From Methanocella sp. (lineage in GTDB: Archaea; Thermoproteota; Bathyarchaeia; Bathyarchaeales; Bathycorpusculaceae): a DNA stretch of 64,000 bases. The translations under genes were made by a program, and so were the position numbers. The DNA lies in contig JBLNCY010000046.1 of NCBI GenBank assembly GCA_050261115.1, positions 1-64,000 on the forward strand, read 5' to 3'. Below, one piece after another: positions 48,258-58,137 of this stretch (within the stretch, counting starts at the first letter, position 1; the number at the start of each line of letters is the position of its first letter). Below the pieces are notes generated by a model that worked only from the letters and a program-made list of their open reading frames with translations, was not told the origin of the DNA and ran no database searches.

Positions 48258-49156
48258 TGCGTGTCCTCCGCTTTCTGCCCAACCAAACGGAAAAAGATGT
48301 CATCAAGAGTAATCGGCGTAATCGAGAATCTGGTGCCCTGCTCCGAGAACTGTTTGGCTAAGCGGAAGGCTTGAGCTTCATTAGTCATCACCTGCATACC
48401 GCTCACGGTTGAGGTTACTGCGCAGTCGTCTATGGGGGGTAAAGCAGTTTTTGGGGGCAGTTTTATGCTGTATTGATAGGGGGAGCTTTGGCGGAGTTCT
48501 TGGAGGGAGCCTAAGGCTACGAGTTTACCTTCTTTTAATATGCCGATTTGGTCTGCTAGCTGCTCGGCTTCCTCCAGGTAATGGGTTGTTAAAAAGATAA
48601 AGCGTGATTTGCCTAACTCATGCAGGATATCCCAGAGTTCACGGCGAGAAATCGGATCCAAACCAGTGGTAGGCTCATCTAGAAAGATGATTTCTGCTTC
48701 GGAGGCGGTGACGGTTGCTATGAGAACCTTACGTTTCATACCTCCCGATAAGCGTGTGTTGAGCATATCTTGGTAGGGTGTAAGCCCCAACCGCGCGAGG
48801 GATTCAGAAGCCATTCTTCTAGCATCTTTGACGGAGTAGCCTCGCCAAAGGAGATATGAGAACACGGTTTGTTTGGGCGTCATCCAGCGGATGGTTCGAG
48901 CTTCCTGAGGTACAATAGCAATTTTTTCACGCAACTGGTCGGTGTCCTTTAGTATATCCAGGTTATTTATCGACGCTGAGCCATGGGTGGGTTCGAGCTC
49001 AGTTGCCAGGATGCGTATGAGTGTGGTTTTGCCTGCGCCGTTTCGACCGATCAAGCCGAAGATGCCTTTGGTGTCCACTGAGAGCGTTATGTCTTCGAGG
49101 GCAACGCTTTTGCCCTCATATATCTTAGTTAAGCCGCGGCACTCCAGTTTACCCAT
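48254..49156 (-). CDS. ABC-2 ATP-binding subunit
   Basis: GRNGAGKTT, LSGGMKRK, DEPTTGLD; start taken as ATG 49156. Confidence 0.93.
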   Translation of the reverse strand: MGKLECRGLTKIYEGKSVALEDITLSVDTKGIFGLIGRNGAGKTTLIRILATELEPTHGSASINNLDILKDTDQLREKIAIVPQEARTIRWMTPKQTVFSYLLWRGYSVKDARRMASESLARLGLTPYQDMLNTRLSGGMKRKVLIATVTASEAEIIFLDEPTTGLDPISRRELWDILHELGKSRFIFLTTHYLEEAEQLADQIGILKEGKLVALGSLQELRQSSPYQYSIKLPPKTALPPIDDCAVTSTVSGMQVMTNEAQAFRLAKQFSEQGTRFSITPITLDDIFFRLVGQKAEDTQ

Positions 49157-49268
49157 TACTGCAGACCCAAAGTCAGAAATATATTGCAGTAGCCTAATCG
49201 GCACTAAAAACGTTCCGACCTACACATTTATACCAACTAGGGGCATCTATGAAAAAGAGGAGAAAAAT

Positions 49269-50294
49269 ATGGCTGTTCACATGTTACCCTGGGATACGAA
49301 TCGCAACTTAGTAGAGGAAGCAAACCGACTCTATGACGAGGCTGGAACATTCCGTGGCATAGAGAAAGGTGACTTGGTAGCTATCAAAATCCACGTCGGC
49401 GAACTCGGCAACCCCTATTATGTTCAACCCTGTTTCGTGCATGACATTGTCCGCAGAGTCAAAGAACTCGGCGCTAAACCCTTCCTCACCGACTCAAACA
49501 CCTACTACCTTGCCCAGCGCCACAACGCCTATGACCACATGCAAACAGCCCTTATCAACGGATTCAACATGGCGCCCTTCATCGTCGCCGACGGATTGAA
49601 AAGCGAAAACTTCCAAACGGTAAAAACCAAAGGCATCCTACCCGAAATCGAAGTCGCAGGAGTTATAGCGCAAGCAGACGCCATGATAGTGATCTCCCAC
49701 TGCAAGGGCCACGAACTAAGCGGCTTTGGCGGCGCTATCAAAAACTTGGGCATGGGTTGCACCTCGCAGGCGGGTAAATTGCGGCAGCATCGAGTGGTGG
49801 GTTTAGAGGTGGATACTTCGAAATGTACTGGATGCGGCAAATGCAAGGAAGTTTGCGCCTTTGACATACCCGAGATTATTGAAGGCAAAGCGCATAATAG
49901 GTCGGCTAAGTGTATGCGTTGCCCCGTATGCATTGCCAGCTGCCCGATGGAAGCTATCCGATTTACAGATAAACAGAATCTCTGTCTCGGATTGGCTTCC
50001 GCGGCTTACGGGGTGCTTTCGACCTTTAAGCCCAAGAAGGTATCCTATGTGAGCTTCGCTAAAGATATCGCTGCAACCTGTGACTGTGTACCCGCCCCAG
50101 GCGACATAGTGCTCAAGGATGTGGGGATTTTTGCCTCGGATTCCGCGGTGTCCATTGACGCGGCGTTTCTGCAATCGGTCGACTATCAAAAACTGAACAG
50201 CATGTATGATGTTGATTGCATGCTGCAGGTTTTGGAGGCTAAAGCGTTAGGGTTAACAGGCGAAGTAAAACCAAAGGTAGAGATCCTACCTTAG
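49269..50294 (+). CDS. DUF362 domain, 2x[4Fe-4S] protein
   Basis: VAIKIHVGE.GN, SHCKGH...FGGAIKNLGMG, two CxxCxxCxxxC motifs, CDC; start reset to ATG 49269. Confidence 0.9.
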   Translation: MAVHMLPWDTNRNLVEEANRLYDEAGTFRGIEKGDLVAIKIHVGELGNPYYVQPCFVHDIVRRVKELGAKPFLTDSNTYYLAQRHNAYDHMQTALINGFNMAPFIVADGLKSENFQTVKTKGILPEIEVAGVIAQADAMIVISHCKGHELSGFGGAIKNLGMGCTSQAGKLRQHRVVGLEVDTSKCTGCGKCKEVCAFDIPEIIEGKAHNRSAKCMRCPVCIASCPMEAIRFTDKQNLCLGLASAAYGVLSTFKPKKVSYVSFAKDIAATCDCVPAPGDIVLKDVGIFASDSAVSIDAAFLQSVDYQKLNSMYDVDCMLQVLEAKALGLTGEVKPKVEILP

Positions 50295-50478
50295 TTGCCA
50301 TCGTCTGCGAATATTCCTCTTTTTGAGTGTGGGTTTTTATCCCCCGCTGGATAGGTGTGCCTTAACATTAAGCAAATGAGCAAATAAAGAGCGTGTACAT
50401 ATGTCTTCGGCTGATGGGAAACAAAACAATATATGCATACATGACTACACTTGAGACAGCACCGGCACCTGAGAAACC

Positions 50479-50844
50479 ATGAATCCCGAAGACTCAACAA
50501 GAGCTCTTTCGACAGTTGAAGTTGAGACGCGCATAGTCAAGGAATTTTTAGACATCATAATACTCTGCGAATTAAAAGAGCATGGCGAGTTATCCGGTTA
50601 TGACATCGCAGTGAAGCAAAAGCAAAAGTTTGGAATAAACCTAAGCCCCGGAACGATCTACGCGACTCTTTACGCTGTGGAGCGGAGAGGTCTCATAAGC
50701 CCATGCATTGATGGCAAAAAAACAACCTACGTCATGACCGCAGCAGGCGAAAAAGCACTAAATAACCTTAAACTGTGCAGTCTAGAATTGGTGGATTTCA
50801 TAAAATGCGTCTTTCCAATATCAATCGAGCCACCAAAAGAATAA
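50479..50844 (+). CDS. PadR-family regulator
   Basis: FLD.IIL..L...SGYDI...FG..LSPGT.Y..L...ER.GLI. Confidence 0.88.
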   Translation: MNPEDSTRALSTVEVETRIVKEFLDIIILCELKEHGELSGYDIAVKQKQKFGINLSPGTIYATLYAVERRGLISPCIDGKKTTYVMTAAGEKALNNLKLCSLELVDFIKCVFPISIEPPKE

Positions 50845-50866
50845 AAAAAGAAGTACCCGCTTAGGG

Positions 50867-51919
50867 TCAGATTGTTTTTTGGATAAAGTCCAAGATGGCA
50901 TTGGAGGGTACGGCGAAGCCAAGCCCGTCTGAGTTGCGGACTATGGCGGTTGTAATGCCGATTACTTTTCCGTCGAGAGTTAGGAGTGGGCCGCCTGAGT
51001 TGCCGCTGTTAATGGGCGCGCTGGTTTGCATAACGCCAGAGATCTCGGAGCTGGTGCCTTCGCTGACTGTAATGGTGCGATCCAGTGCGCTTATGATGCC
51101 GTTTGTCATGGTTCCCGAGAGCCCGTATGGGCTGCCGATGGCTACGGCTGCGTCGCCTACCTCAACACGCGAAGAGTCAGCGAAGGTGAGGGGGCGGTAT
51201 ATGCTTGCGGGGGCGTCTTGGCACTTTAGGATTGCTAGGTCCTTTGAGGCGTCCTCTGCGATTACTGTAGCAGTGTAGCTGCTGCCGTCGGCGAAGATGA
51301 CTTTAATTCCGCTTGCGCTTTCGATGACATGGTTATTTGTTATGATTATGGATTGACCGTTGTATTGGTAGATGAATCCAGACCCTTGGGTGACTTTATT
51401 GATGCTCTGTCTCTGCAGAGTAAAGGGGTTGATATAGGTCTGTGGGATGGTGCACTCTATTGTCACCACTGAGTCTTTTACGGCGTTATAGAGGTCTGAA
51501 AGAGAACCATAGGAAACGTAAGCAGCAGAGGTTATGTCGGTGCTTGCGCGGTTGAGTTGTGAGGCTAAGGTCTGGATTTGTTGTTGCAGCATGTCAACTT
51601 GCGTGTTTAATGTGTAAACGCTGTAGAGGCTGGCTGCGCTTACAACACTTACAGCAATGAGGGCGATTAGCAATACTGTGGAGGCTATGTGCTTTCGAGG
51701 GGGCCTTGGTTGGCCGTCTGATGGGTAGTTTGGGGCGGGGATAGTGAAATTGTTTTGGGGATCTGGAGATTCAGGTGGAGCAGGGGGCGTCTGAGCAGTC
51801 TCAGGGAAGAAGTCTACAGGTGCGGTTCCAGCGTCAGGGGTTTTCGGTGTCTGGGGGGATTGTTGGTTTTCGTTCCCGTCTTGGTTAGAAAGGTGATTTT
51901 CCGTGGGGGGCTGTTCCAT
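50867..51919 (-). CDS. membrane-anchored HtrA/trypsin-like serine protease (no PDZ domain)
   Basis: GSGF, TNNHV, DLA.L, GNSGGPL. Confidence 0.92.
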   Translation of the reverse strand: MEQPPTENHLSNQDGNENQQSPQTPKTPDAGTAPVDFFPETAQTPPAPPESPDPQNNFTIPAPNYPSDGQPRPPRKHIASTVLLIALIAVSVVSAASLYSVYTLNTQVDMLQQQIQTLASQLNRASTDITSAAYVSYGSLSDLYNAVKDSVVTIECTIPQTYINPFTLQRQSINKVTQGSGFIYQYNGQSIIITNNHVIESASGIKVIFADGSSYTATVIAEDASKDLAILKCQDAPASIYRPLTFADSSRVEVGDAAVAIGSPYGLSGTMTNGIISALDRTITVSEGTSSEISGVMQTSAPINSGNSGGPLLTLDGKVIGITTAIVRNSDGLGFAVPSNAILDFIQKTI

Positions 51920-52052
51920 TTATTGCATCTCCTTTGGTTGAGTTCTTGCCTAAAGCCACCTTGGCGGATTATAATTAAGGGGTTTTCCAACATGTTTCCC
52001 TAAAGAATCACAAATTACACCCAAATTAGCCATAAACATCCCACCAAAGTGG

Positions 52053-52230
52053 TGGTGGGGCCGGCCGGATTTGAACCGACGACCTTTACCCAACAGCCGC
52101 GCAAAGTCGGCCGTTTACGGGTTTCTTCATGACCGCTCCGGAAATTCGTCATTCTCCTCGCGGAGTCAGCAAACCCGTTGTGTGTTTGCTTTCTGGAGCC
52201 CGTCGTCATACCTGTCTAGACTACGACCCC
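52053..52230 (-). tRNA. trnW: tRNA-Trp(CCA) with two introns (37/38: 52123-52192, 70 nt; 43/44: 52086-52116, 31 nt) and encoded CCA
   Basis: Acceptor GGGGUCG/CGGCCCC-ACCA, anticodon arm ACGGG-CUCCAG|A-CCCGU, T arm GUCGG-UUCAAAU-CCGGC; BHB-like junctions. Confidence 0.92.
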
Positions 52231-52626
52231 ACCAAGTCTAGGCTGAATGCATATTGTGGATGGGCATGAATAAAAATATTTACGTACCAAAAGCAAAGGC
52301 GGCATATTAAGCCTATCACTAACAAGCAAGCCATAGCTTTTGAGCGCAAAGACAAAGCAGCAGAGCCATCTATTAGCAAAACATCTTAAACCTAAGTTGA
52401 ATATTGCTGAGGCGTTTGTTTTTCCGGAGGCTAATTATGAGACTTCTTGGGCGGATTATTATATGTTGCCTGCTAGGTCAGCGATTTGTCAGTAGTTTTA
52501 ATTGTAGCTTCGTTGCTTTTTAAGATGTTTGTGGCCCTGCGATTGCGTCTTTGAGAATTTTAGTTAAGTTCGATTTTAATAAAAAACAAAAAAATAGCTA
52601 AAAAGTTAAAGATTAAATAAAAAAAA

Positions 52627-53202
52627 TTACGGCACAGGATAGATTGGCAAAACAGTTTTCCGATGAGATTCATTTAGCACCTCGGCAATCGCCAAATATA
52701 TCGCACTAGAACCGCAGATTACGCCTTCGACACCGCAGACCGTGTTAAACCACGCTGGATTTCCAAGCAGTTCACGTGCAGTCAACAGGAAGAACAGGAT
52801 GGCTAAACTCATAAACACAAATTGGATAATCCGATTAGATTTCAGCGTGCCGAAAAACATCGCTAAAGTGAAGAGTCCCCACATGAAGAAGTATGCAGCC
52901 ATTGAAGCGTTTGAGGGCGCAGTTAAGCCAGCCAAGAACGTTGCTTTGGGCAGAAGTAGCAGTGCTACAAGAGACCACCAGAATAGACCATAGGAGCTGA
53001 AGGCTACTGTTCCAAAAGTGTTACCGTTTCGGTATTCTAGTACGCCGACGATGATTTGGGCTAAGCCGCCGTATGCTAGGCCCATTGCAAGGATCATTGT
53101 GTCTAGCGGAAATAGGCCTGCGTTGTGTAAGTTTAAAAGGACTGTTGTTAAACCGAACCCTAAGAGCCCAAGCGGGGCAGGGTTGGCTAATTTGATACTC
53201 AT
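52627..53202 (-). CDS. satP: acetate uptake transporter (SatP/GPR1/FUN34/YaaH)
   Basis: [10 protein letters not shown] signature, YGG.AQ, NTFG..AF.SYG.FW; start reset to ATG 53202. Confidence 0.92.
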   Translation of the reverse strand: MSIKLANPAPLGLLGFGLTTVLLNLHNAGLFPLDTMILAMGLAYGGLAQIIVGVLEYRNGNTFGTVAFSSYGLFWWSLVALLLLPKATFLAGLTAPSNASMAAYFFMWGLFTLAMFFGTLKSNRIIQFVFMSLAILFFLLTARELLGNPAWFNTVCGVEGVICGSSAIYLAIAEVLNESHRKTVLPIYPVP

Positions 53203-53392
53203 GCATGTTTCTCCTTCTACTTTAGCATGGCATGTCAGGATAAATAATTTTCCTACAATTAGTCTACGTCCAAACAAAACATCAGCATTTAGAATTTGCA
53301 TGAATTGACGAACAAATGCAGTTTTGTTAATCAAGTGCAGAAAAATCAAAGCGAAAAGGATTTAATTAAGAACTTAAAGAGTTTTGCGCTAA

Positions 53393-54751
53393 GTGAAATA
53401 CATGGTTAGCCCCAATATTTCAACCCCTAGTCAATCGAAAGTTATGAATCGTTGGATTGTTGTTATCGGCGGAATAATGATACAACTTGCTTTGGGAGCG
53501 ATTTATGCCTGGTCAGCATTTACCGGTCCCCTGCAAGGAACGCAATCCTTAGTTAGCGAGTTCGCCTTTTCGAAAACAGAGACACAGCTGATTTTCAGTG
53601 TTGGCTTATTGGTATTCGCAATTTTCACTATCATAGGCGGGAGATTACAGACTAAGCAGGGTCCAATGAGGATAGCCTTAATTGGAGGAATCCTACTCGG
53701 CTTAGGATACATACTCGCCTCGTTTATGGGCGCGAACTTTATCGGTAAACTAGTTTTTCTCGGAATCGTCGGCGGCGCAGGCATAGGGTTAGCATACGTG
53801 GTTCCCATCGCAACTGCAGTAAAGTGGTTCCCTGACAAAAAAGGCCTAGTTAGCGGTCTTGCAGTCGCCGGATTCGGATTTGGCGCATTCATATGGATCC
53901 TTATCGCTAATCCCCCAAGCGTTCTAGGATTCAGCGGTTTAATTAGCCCACAACCGGGCCCATATGCGTACACTATTGCAAATGTTGATTTTGCCTTCTT
54001 AATCTACGGCATCATATTCCTGGCTCTGGTTACCGCGGGATCGCTTACTATGAAGAATCCCCCTGCAGGCTGGAAACCGAAGGGATGGGTTCCCTCTCAA
54101 ACAACAACAGGGAAAACGGCGGGAACCACATGCAAACCTAAAGAGATGCTAAAATCAGTAAATTTCTATCTGCTCTGGACCATGTTCTTAGTCGGGGCAC
54201 TTGCAGGGTTAATGGTAATAGGAAACGTCCAGAACTTCGCTAAGGACCCCACTAGCGGATTTGTCGCCTACGGTTTTAGCCTACAAGAAGCCATTGATTT
54301 TGCAGTAATCGGCGCAGCAGTCAGCCTACCCATATTCAACGGAGTAGGACGAATCGTATGGGGACAAGTCTCAGACAAGATTGGACGAGGAAAAGCGCTC
54401 ATCGCCATGTTTACTTTCCAAGCAGTAATGATGGCAGTGTTCTTCTTCACCACATCCAACCCACTACTATTCTACGTGGTAGCTGCGTTCATCGGCTTTA
54501 ACTTTGGCGGCAACTTTGCCCTGTTCCCAGTATGCTGCGCTGATTCGTTTGGAGCAGAAAATCTGGCAATCAACTATGGCTTTATTTTCACAGCATACGG
54601 AATCGGCGGCGTAGTTGGTCCAATCCTGGCGGGACTTGTGCAGGATGCCGGGTTAAGTTTCCTGTATGCGTTCTTACCCGCAGCGGCGCTTTGTTCAGTT
54701 GCTGTGTTGCTTGGGTTTGTTTATCAAACTCGGGTAAAGAGATGCATGTGA
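53393..54751 (+). CDS. OFA-family (oxalate/formate antiporter-like) MFS transporter
   Basis: G.IYAWS.F, KWFPDKKG..SG.AV.GFG.G, NG.GR..WG..SD.IGR, FG......NYG. Confidence 0.9.
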   Translation: MKYMVSPNISTPSQSKVMNRWIVVIGGIMIQLALGAIYAWSAFTGPLQGTQSLVSEFAFSKTETQLIFSVGLLVFAIFTIIGGRLQTKQGPMRIALIGGILLGLGYILASFMGANFIGKLVFLGIVGGAGIGLAYVVPIATAVKWFPDKKGLVSGLAVAGFGFGAFIWILIANPPSVLGFSGLISPQPGPYAYTIANVDFAFLIYGIIFLALVTAGSLTMKNPPAGWKPKGWVPSQTTTGKTAGTTCKPKEMLKSVNFYLLWTMFLVGALAGLMVIGNVQNFAKDPTSGFVAYGFSLQEAIDFAVIGAAVSLPIFNGVGRIVWGQVSDKIGRGKALIAMFTFQAVMMAVFFFTTSNPLLFYVVAAFIGFNFGGNFALFPVCCADSFGAENLAINYGFIFTAYGIGGVVGPILAGLVQDAGLSFLYAFLPAAALCSVAVLLGFVYQTRVKRCM

Positions 54752-54839
54752 GCTGCAGAGTGTAAATCACTCCAACCCTCTATTTTTGTTTCTAAGCCAA
54801 CAAAAAGTGAGTGGTAGGCTGGTTATTAGCCGACCAACG

Positions 54840-55157
54840 CTATCTTTTAATTGATGCAATAAACGCTAAAGTTTGACTGGGAACCGTAACCGTTCGCGTC
54901 TCAACATATGTGAACGTGACCTTGGCCAAATTCTGGGGTTCCTGCTCAAACTTTTCAAAGGCTTCCATACTTGGCACTTCGTAAACTGCCCAAGACGTAT
55001 GCCCCCACCGATCGGTCCAGATTCCCACGACTTTGATGCCATGCTTGGCAGCTAATGAATCCACGTTTTTAAGCCAATCTTCGGTTATTTGCAAATTTTT
55101 CGGGTTACCTATGGGGCAACTTTCAGGTGAATGAGTGTAGATTTGGAGGATATGCAT
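54840..55157 (-). CDS. small ferredoxin-like-fold hypothetical protein (HSPESCP motif)
   Basis: HSPESCP...G.K..G.W....H...AVYE pattern. Confidence 0.7.
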   Translation of the reverse strand: MHILQIYTHSPESCPIGNPKNLQITEDWLKNVDSLAAKHGIKVVGIWTDRWGHTSWAVYEVPSMEAFEKFEQEPQNLAKVTFTYVETRTVTVPSQTLAFIASIKR

Positions 55158-55311
55158 ACTTTCACCATATGGTTAATTCACAGATTTAACTTCGCTTACT
55201 TAAACATATTTCCAGGAAGTCGGCCTTTAGATAAGCTACAATTCAGTTGTCTACTCGGTGCGTATAAACAAAGGAATGGATATTTGCAGCCATGGCAAGC
55301 TATTTGTCGAA

Positions 55312-55863
55312 TTATTGACTGTTGATAGGGTCGCGTTCGCGTTGGCGCCTATGATAATCTCGGCTATGCACAAAAAGCGACACCGCCCCAATCACCAATC
55401 CCACAAAACTCAAGAAGTACAGTCCCCAAGCGAAAACCGCCCCGTAATCCATAATCTGCTTCTGCCAATCCCAAGCAAAATCCACCACATTCTGAAGCGG
55501 CCACGCACCGAGCACCTGATAGGCAAACCCAAAAACAGTCAAAAGAACAGCAACATGCTCGCTATGCACCGTAACCCCGTTGCGCATCGCCTTGACAGAG
55601 TAGGCGCATAGGAGAACCGTGCCGATTATTAGGGCAGATAGGCTGGTGACAAAAAAAGCCAGAACAACAAGCGGGTTAAGGGTTGGGGGGTAAAGCACAA
55701 GGGATTCCAGTCGGTGAACTACGGTGACGCCGTCGGTTGGCACCCAGCCGGTTCGGATGACCGCAAACAAGTAAAAGGCCCCATATGCGAATAGAAGCGT
55801 ACCGAGGGATGCCATGTGGTTTTTGACGTAGCTGGTTAGTCGGCTAGGGGTGCTTTGGCTCAT
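55312..55863 (-). CDS. 4-TM hypothetical membrane protein
   Basis: Four hydrophobic segments. Confidence 0.7.
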   Translation of the reverse strand: MSQSTPSRLTSYVKNHMASLGTLLFAYGAFYLFAVIRTGWVPTDGVTVVHRLESLVLYPPTLNPLVVLAFFVTSLSALIIGTVLLCAYSVKAMRNGVTVHSEHVAVLLTVFGFAYQVLGAWPLQNVVDFAWDWQKQIMDYGAVFAWGLYFLSFVGLVIGAVSLFVHSRDYHRRQRERDPINSQ

Positions 55864-55988
55864 AGCGTTATGCTCTGGCTAATGTAGGGCATTTTCTCAT
55901 ATAACGCTTTTTAGCAATACAACAACACTCGCAGCCAAGCGACGCAAGATTCTAAAGCTTCAAAAGCCATAAGGATATGCGGTTTTCT

Positions 55989-56690
55989 ATGAAATTCGAA
56001 ACCACTATCCAGGAAGTTATCCCAAGAACACCCGGAGTTCTAAGCGTCAGGTTTCCTCGTCCCACGGGGTTTACGTATAAACCGGGCCAATTCTTCCTGG
56101 TCACACTCAAGTTTCAGGGCAAAGAAATCGTTCGATACTTTAGCTTCAGCAGCAGCCCCACCACAGAAGAATACATAGAGTTCACCAAACGCTTAAGCGA
56201 TAGCGACTACTCCGCCGCATTAAAAGCCGCCAAACCAGGCGACTGGGCAAGAATCGACGGTCCCTACGGAGAATTCACCTTCCAAGGCGAATATCCGCGG
56301 GTTGCGTTACTTGCAGGTGGCATAGGCATAACCCCCTTCATGAGCATAATCAAAAACGCCACAGACAAACACCTCGAGAGTCAAATTACGCTATTCTATG
56401 GCTGCAGAACCCCAGAGGACATCACGTTTAAGGCTGAATTGGAAGAGATAGCCACCAAAAACCCACGGGTGAAGGTGTACTTTGTGGTAAGCCAGGCGCC
56501 GTCTGACTGGGAAGGCTTACGGGGCCGCATAGACGCTGATTTAATCAAAAAGTATCTGCCAGATTATGCGGATTGGGTCTTTTTTGCGTGTGGTCCGCCG
56601 CCGATGGTCAAAGCCATGCAGGCCATGGTTCAAGATTTAGGGTTAGCTAAGGATAGGTTCAAGGTAGAGGCTATTACGGGGTATGCATAG
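55989..56690 (+). CDS. FNR-like FAD/NAD(P)H oxidoreductase
   Basis: YKPGQF, RYFSFSSSP, GPYG.F, AGGIGITP, CGPP.M. Confidence 0.92.
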   Translation: MKFETTIQEVIPRTPGVLSVRFPRPTGFTYKPGQFFLVTLKFQGKEIVRYFSFSSSPTTEEYIEFTKRLSDSDYSAALKAAKPGDWARIDGPYGEFTFQGEYPRVALLAGGIGITPFMSIIKNATDKHLESQITLFYGCRTPEDITFKAELEEIATKNPRVKVYFVVSQAPSDWEGLRGRIDADLIKKYLPDYADWVFFACGPPPMVKAMQAMVQDLGLAKDRFKVEAITGYA

Positions 56691-56750
56691 AAGGGCACAG
56701 GCCCCCCTCTTCTCAAGAAAAAATCGATTTATCAAATCTAAAATAGGGGT

Positions 56751-58034
56751 TTAGGGGTAGAACCTGCGAGTGGTTCTTGGGAACGGAATCGCGTCAATGA
56801 TGTTGTCTAAATCACACATCCACACCAAGAGACGCTCAAGCCCCATACCAAAACCAACGTGTGGCACAGTTCCATATCGTCGCAAGTCAAGGTACCATTC
56901 GTAGTCTTGAGGGTTTAATCCCTGTGCCTTCATGCGTTCTATTAGGAGGTCTTTGTTGTCTTCTCTTGCGCCGCCGGTGCTGATTTCGCCGATGCGGGGA
57001 ACCATCATGTCCACTGACATGGCGACTTCAGGGTGATCCTTGTAGGTTTTGCAGTAGAAGGCTTTGATGGCGGTTGGGTAATCGTAGACAAAGAAGGGTT
57101 TGCCAAAGTCATCTGCAAGTACTTTCTCGTCTTCATAACCCAAATCCGAACCCCAGTCAAGCGCGGGGTTTTTGGGTTTTAGGCGCTCTATGGCTTCTTT
57201 ATAGGTTATACGCGGGAACGGAGCTTTGACCGCCTTTAGTTTGTCGATGTTGGCGCCGAGTTCTTTGAGTTCTTTTTCGCATTTAGTGGCAACTGTTTGG
57301 CAAATGTGCTCCATGAGTCCCTCCTCGAAAGTCATGAGGTCGGTCATGTCTCCAAAGGCCCATTCGCCTTCCATATGCCAGTACTCGGTGAGGTGGCGGA
57401 TTGTTCGGCTTTTCTCTGCACGGAACGATGGCGCAATGCAGTAGACGTTTTCTAAGCTAAACATGAGGATTTCAAGGTAGAGTTGGCTACTCTGGGTTAG
57501 GTAGAGTTGCTGGTCGAAGTATTTCAAGCCGAAGAGTGTTGCGCCGCCTTCTACTGCTGCGGATATGAACATGGGCGGGGAGACTTCGGTGAAGGTTTGT
57601 TTTCTAAAGTATTCCCGTGCAGCCTCAAGCGTTTCGGCTCTAACTTTCATTATGAGGTTCATTCTGCGGCTACGTAGCCAGAGGTGGCGCATGTCACGGA
57701 TGAATTCTTCACTTTTATCTTTGCTAATCGGGAAGTTCTCGGCTAAGCCCACGATTTCGATGGCTTCTGCGCCGATTTCGTATCCGCCGGGTGCGCGTGA
57801 GTCCGGTCGGGCGGTTCCGGTTAGTGTTAGGGAGGATTCGATTGTAAGTTTTTGGGCTGTCTCCCAGCAGGGGCTGTCTTTTTTGATGGTTGATTGGATA
57901 ACTCCGGTTGAGTCTCGGATTACTAGGAAAATGAGGGTTTTTCCTTCACGTTTGCGGTAAACCCAGCCGCGAACCGTGACTTTTTGATCCGTGCAGTTAC
58001 CGTCAAGTATTTGGTTAATCTTCACCAGTGACAT
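56751..58034 (-). CDS. asnS: asparagine--tRNA ligase
   Basis: OB fold (VRGWV), YLTQSSQLYLE, FRAEKSRT.RHLTEYW, GG.RE, WYLDLRRYG.VPH.GFG.G.ER. Confidence 0.9.
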   Translation of the reverse strand: MSLVKINQILDGNCTDQKVTVRGWVYRKREGKTLIFLVIRDSTGVIQSTIKKDSPCWETAQKLTIESSLTLTGTARPDSRAPGGYEIGAEAIEIVGLAENFPISKDKSEEFIRDMRHLWLRSRRMNLIMKVRAETLEAAREYFRKQTFTEVSPPMFISAAVEGGATLFGLKYFDQQLYLTQSSQLYLEILMFSLENVYCIAPSFRAEKSRTIRHLTEYWHMEGEWAFGDMTDLMTFEEGLMEHICQTVATKCEKELKELGANIDKLKAVKAPFPRITYKEAIERLKPKNPALDWGSDLGYEDEKVLADDFGKPFFVYDYPTAIKAFYCKTYKDHPEVAMSVDMMVPRIGEISTGGAREDNKDLLIERMKAQGLNPQDYEWYLDLRRYGTVPHVGFGMGLERLLVWMCDLDNIIDAIPFPRTTRRFYP

Positions 58035-58137
58035 ATGTTACCAACTGTTTGCAGATTATACTTGGCTTCAAACCTAAATGCCTATCGATAACACACAAAA
58101 AAATAGCTATTAATCCAGGATTTGGTGTTCGGCTCAG

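Noticed and set aside
48942-49268. Long N-terminal extension of the DUF362 ORF (likewise 43284-43622 for the flavin reductase and 53203-53349 for SatP)
   Set aside because: The extensions are antisense to other genes or lie in promoter DNA; family motifs begin at the downstream starts
52015-52209. 64-aa ORF
   Set aside because: It lies over tRNA-Trp and its introns
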